From positions 1 to 10,734 of the forward strand of contig JBMGUZ010000080.1 of assembly GCA_051530055.1 (NCBI GenBank): DNA of 10,734 nucleotides. Direction: 5' to 3'. Under the pieces are notes generated by a model, which saw only the letters and a list, made by a program, of their open reading frames with translations, was not told the DNA's origin and made no database searches. The DNA comes from Neoechinorhynchus agilis (taxonomy: Eukaryota; Animalia; Acanthocephala). The translations under genes and the position numbers were made by a program. Of the stretch, positions 8,189-10,734 are shown in pieces (the first letter of the stretch is position 1; the number at the start of each line of letters is the position of its first letter).

Positions 8189-8930
8189 ATGAAAAATCAG
8201 CATCTTCCCCTATACATATCAGGAATTGTTGAACCCGGGTTCAAACGGGGAAGTCGAGAACTTGGATTTCCAACTGGTATGGAACTTTTTGTTTATGTGA
8301 AGCAAACTTAAGCGTGTGAATGAATCACACACTTAACAGTGTAGTTCCAACGAACCCAGTACTGCAAATCACCATAAAGCGGATTTTATTAAACTTCATT
8401 TTTCCTTTTTATTTCCGCTAAGATAATATATACGAATTTTAAGGCACTTTTAGGCTCTTAGAACGTTCTATTCCTAGAAGATAAAAATGATTATTTGACA
8501 ATTCTTAAACTCTGTTCAGCCAATTTAGACGATGAATGTGTCCAGGGACTACCGGATAGTTTCGAGGACGGAGTCTATTACGGTTACGCTCGCGTTGAAC
8601 GCGGTAATATTTATCCAATGGTTATGAGCGTTGGATACAATCCTCAGTTTAAAAATCGTGTAAAATCTCTCGTGAGTATTTGCCTTTGGATTTGCGCATT
8701 TTATCTTCTCTTAAAAGGAGGTTCACATTCTTCATGTATTTTCCAATGACTTTTATGGCCATCGATTGAGAGTTCTCGTATGTGGCTACATTCGACCGAT
8801 GAGAATCTTTGCCAGCACCCAAGAACTAATAAAAGCAATCGAACTCGACATTTGCTGTGCAATGAAGGAGTTGAGGAAAAAAGACATTCAATTTCAACTG
8901 TTTCCGGATTTCGCCTTACAAAAATCATGA
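8189..8930 (+). CDS. RFK: Riboflavin kinase, 150 aa, 3 exons: 8189-8276, 8520-8671, 8718-8930
   Basis: LPLYISGIVEPGFKRGSRELGFPTAN, GVYYGYA, PMVMSVGYNPQFKN, EVHILHVFSNDFYG, GYIRP, LIKAIELDI are signature RFK motifs. Introns are GTATGG..TTCAG (243 nt, phase 1) and GTGAGT..AAAG (46 nt, phase 0). Confidence 0.96.
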
Positions 8931-9400
8931 ATTCAAAATCAAATTGTTGTTTTGTTCATGATATTGAGTGAGGCGAAATGTTAACGATGAACATTCAACC
9001 ACATCTATCTCTTGTCTCTCTACACATCAATTTGATTTTAGGAAAAAAAAGACTACAATTAAAGGGCGCCCTAGAGAGTTAATTAGATTTCATTTTTAAG
9101 GAATAAATATTCGTTCATAGATAAACGTTTAGAGTTCTTAGAACTTAGTACGATTTATTATGTGCGATTAACAACGATCAGAGAAAACGATTGCAATCAA
9201 AACTTAAAATGGTACTGATTATAGGCGAAATTCGCCGATAAAAGCTAATCGTGGGAACTTATTTATCCTTTATGTGTCATTCAATTATTGTCAAGATTCT
9301 CCAGTGTGAGAAGTTAATCAATAAGACACGTTTAGAAAACACAAATAATATATTGATTTTATAATTGTGAGGATGATAATCTCGAAATGATGAGGCGAGG

Positions 9401-9610
9401 ATTACTCGTACCCTAATCTTGACAGGAAATTCAAGAGCTGCTGCCTTCCTACGCCAAAACATTGGTCTCGCAATCCAAAGAAAAAAACGCAGCGAGTGTG
9501 GTCGCGACCACTGAGGGGAGAGCGATGCCTCCTACTCGTGGACGGTGGTGATTGTTGAAACGTTTTGCTGTTGTGTGTTTGACAGCGAAATACTTGCTAA
9601 TTTAAAAAAA
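9401..9610 (+). mobile_element. 5'-truncated 3' fragment of a CRE-like non-LTR retrotransposon (second subfamily) with a short UTR and A-tail
   Basis: With one frameshift in the A-run at 9482-9487 it reads TGNSRAAAFLRQNIGLAIQR.NAASVVATTEG...GRW* (TGA 9549-9551). This is homologous to TGDSRAGVFLRQNISLAVQRSNAASVMATVEEG...GRW* of the 10070-10734 ORF. A-run at 9604-9610. Confidence 0.8.
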
Positions 9611-9654
9611 GAAATATAGAACACGAATGGTGACGTGGAAAATAAGCTAAAATC

Positions 9655-9930
9655 TAGATTCCTTACCGAGCGAAAAATTTACGAGCGACATCAGAAGGCG
9701 CTTTTAAAAGAGACAGGTCTAGAGGTTCCATTGATCCATAGGAGTGCTCCATAGTGTCTCACATCAATGGCAGTGGGCATGAAATCAATTTTGATGGCGT
9801 CGAGGTTCTTGCGAAGAGTGACGTAGACGCGACAGAGTTACTATGGAAGCCATCATTATATAGCAAACAGGTACTTTTGTTGGCAATGAAGCTGACTATA
9901 AATTCAGCCTGCGAGTCCCACCGGATAAAC
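9655..9930 (+). mobile_element. Decayed Penelope-like element remnant (linker plus GIY-YIG endonuclease C-terminal part), copy A
   Basis: Across frameshifts: IPY..SEKFTSDIRR..LKETGLEVPLIHRS / SIVSHINGSGHEINFDGVEVLAKSD / RVTMEAIII*QTGTFVGNEADYKFSLRVPPD. The H...GH.I.FD...L......R...EAI.I pattern is typical of PLE endonucleases. The GIY..YIG core appears deleted. Confidence 0.55.
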
Positions 9931-9972
9931 TATTCGACTGTGCTTCTTTTCAAGATAAATCTTTTTTTTTGA

Positions 9973-10028
9973 GGCGGGAGGTGGTGAGTGTGTTAATTGT
10001 CGAGAGATGAAGATTGATTGAAATAAAA
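9973..10028 (+). mobile_element. Very short inverted 3'-terminal piece of the CRE-like family, or the second arm of a terminal hairpin
   Basis: GGCGGGAGGTGGTGAGTGTG (9973-9992) is the exact reverse complement of 10065-10084. AGATTGATTGAA (10011-10022) pairs with 10045-10056 with 1 mismatch. Confidence 0.5.
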
Positions 10029-10034
10029 TATATA

Positions 10035-10734
10035 TTTTTAACAATTCAAACAATCTGTTCGAAGCACACTCACCACCTCCCGCCAAATTCTAGCTTTTGT
10101 CCTTCCTCGACCGTCGCCATCACGCTGGCAGCATTGCTTCGTTGTACTGCCAGCGAGATATTTTGTCGAAGGAATACACCTGCTCTTGAGTCTCCGGTCG
10201 TTTCTCTCAATTTCTTCGAGAGATCCTGGAGCAGAGTGCCGAGCGCTCCATACGTCTCTACCCCAAAGGGGACAAAATAGTGAGCCCTCGATAAGTGAAG
10301 ATATTTCCGTATTTTCCTCCCTTCTGCTGCACTGGCGGCACCACCGGCGATTTCGAGGGAGTAGGGGATGTTGCTGGCTGCGAGGGTGTCCCAGAGAAGG
10401 CATTTGCCCTCCCGCCACGGGAAGACCGAAATTCCATCGGGCCTACGGCCGTCTAGTCGACAAAGGTGGGCGGGTTCCAGGATGTTCGGGAAGTTCGCCG
10501 TTCTCAACGCCCGAGAAATTACGTTATTGATTTCAGAATGGCGTGAAAACCTTCCTGCTGACCTTCTGCAGACGAGACCGTGTCGCCCGAAAGCATCAAC
10601 CAAAGACCCACGTCGACAGCGATGGGGCGTGCATATCGGGAGACCGAGTCTTAAGGATACTGCGATCCTCGTCACCTCGTCAGTAAGAAGAGTTCCCACA
10701 GATGCCAGAGGAACAGCCTCCAACCACGCCCCAG
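10035..10734 (-). mobile_element. CRE-clade-like non-LTR retrotransposon, C-terminal zinc knuckle plus restriction-like endonuclease region, running off the right edge; decayed
   Basis: (S)GAWLEAVP, SLRLG, C..G..D..G.H.L.C, RH..IN, EP, RPDG, PW.EGK.L.WD, F.P...ET.G, RQ.IS.A.QR.NAAS are typical of this region. Apparent lesions: CRRG instead of CxCG, and in-frame deletions after WD (~10387) and after GALG. The TTG start in the ORF track is not real. Confidence 0.85.

Noticed and set aside
8229-8244. 16-bp perfect palindrome TTGAACCCGGGTTCAA
   Set aside because: It lies in conserved RFK coding sequence (VEPGFK); there is no evidence of a separate function.
9488-9540. GC-rich multibranch structure with a 14-bp palindrome and minus-strand T-run, resembling a Pol III ncRNA
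   Set aside because: It is explained as coding sequence of the CRE-like fragment (NAASVVATTEG...).
9754-9972. 72-aa ORF as a gene, including its KPSL segment
   Set aside because: Only the first ~25 residues fit the PLE endonuclease. Comparison with copy B shows the homologous frame shifts before KPSL.
10014-10530. ORFs 10014-10280, 10038-10418 and 10186-10530
   Set aside because: They are shadow frames of the GC-richer retrotransposon ORF.

Overview
AT-rich eukaryotic nuclear DNA with a standard genetic code and short GT-AG introns (43-47 nt, plus one of 106 and one of 243 nt). It is probably from a compact-genome invertebrate animal (inference). Left to right: a ~192-bp tandem array cut by the window edge (1-1149); a decayed Penelope-like element (PLE) tail followed by a minimal hammerhead ribozyme motif (1460-1722); two fold-back/MITE-like elements; an exosome RNase PH-ring subunit gene (Rrp42/43/45 group) with an odd 52-nt interruption; an intronless Pmp3/UPF0057 proteolipid; a 3-exon minus-strand gene for a secreted, stand-alone proprotein-convertase (furin/PC2-type) prodomain with no catalytic domain; a ~300-aa orphan gene; two related fold-back elements; a 3-exon riboflavin kinase gene; and a retroelement cluster (three 3' pieces of a CRE-like RLE non-LTR family plus a second PLE remnant). 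The best candidate for an undescribed system is the free-standing convertase prodomain gene (5098-5532), a possible secreted convertase inhibitor. All family assignments come from motif recognition by eye; no searches were run.
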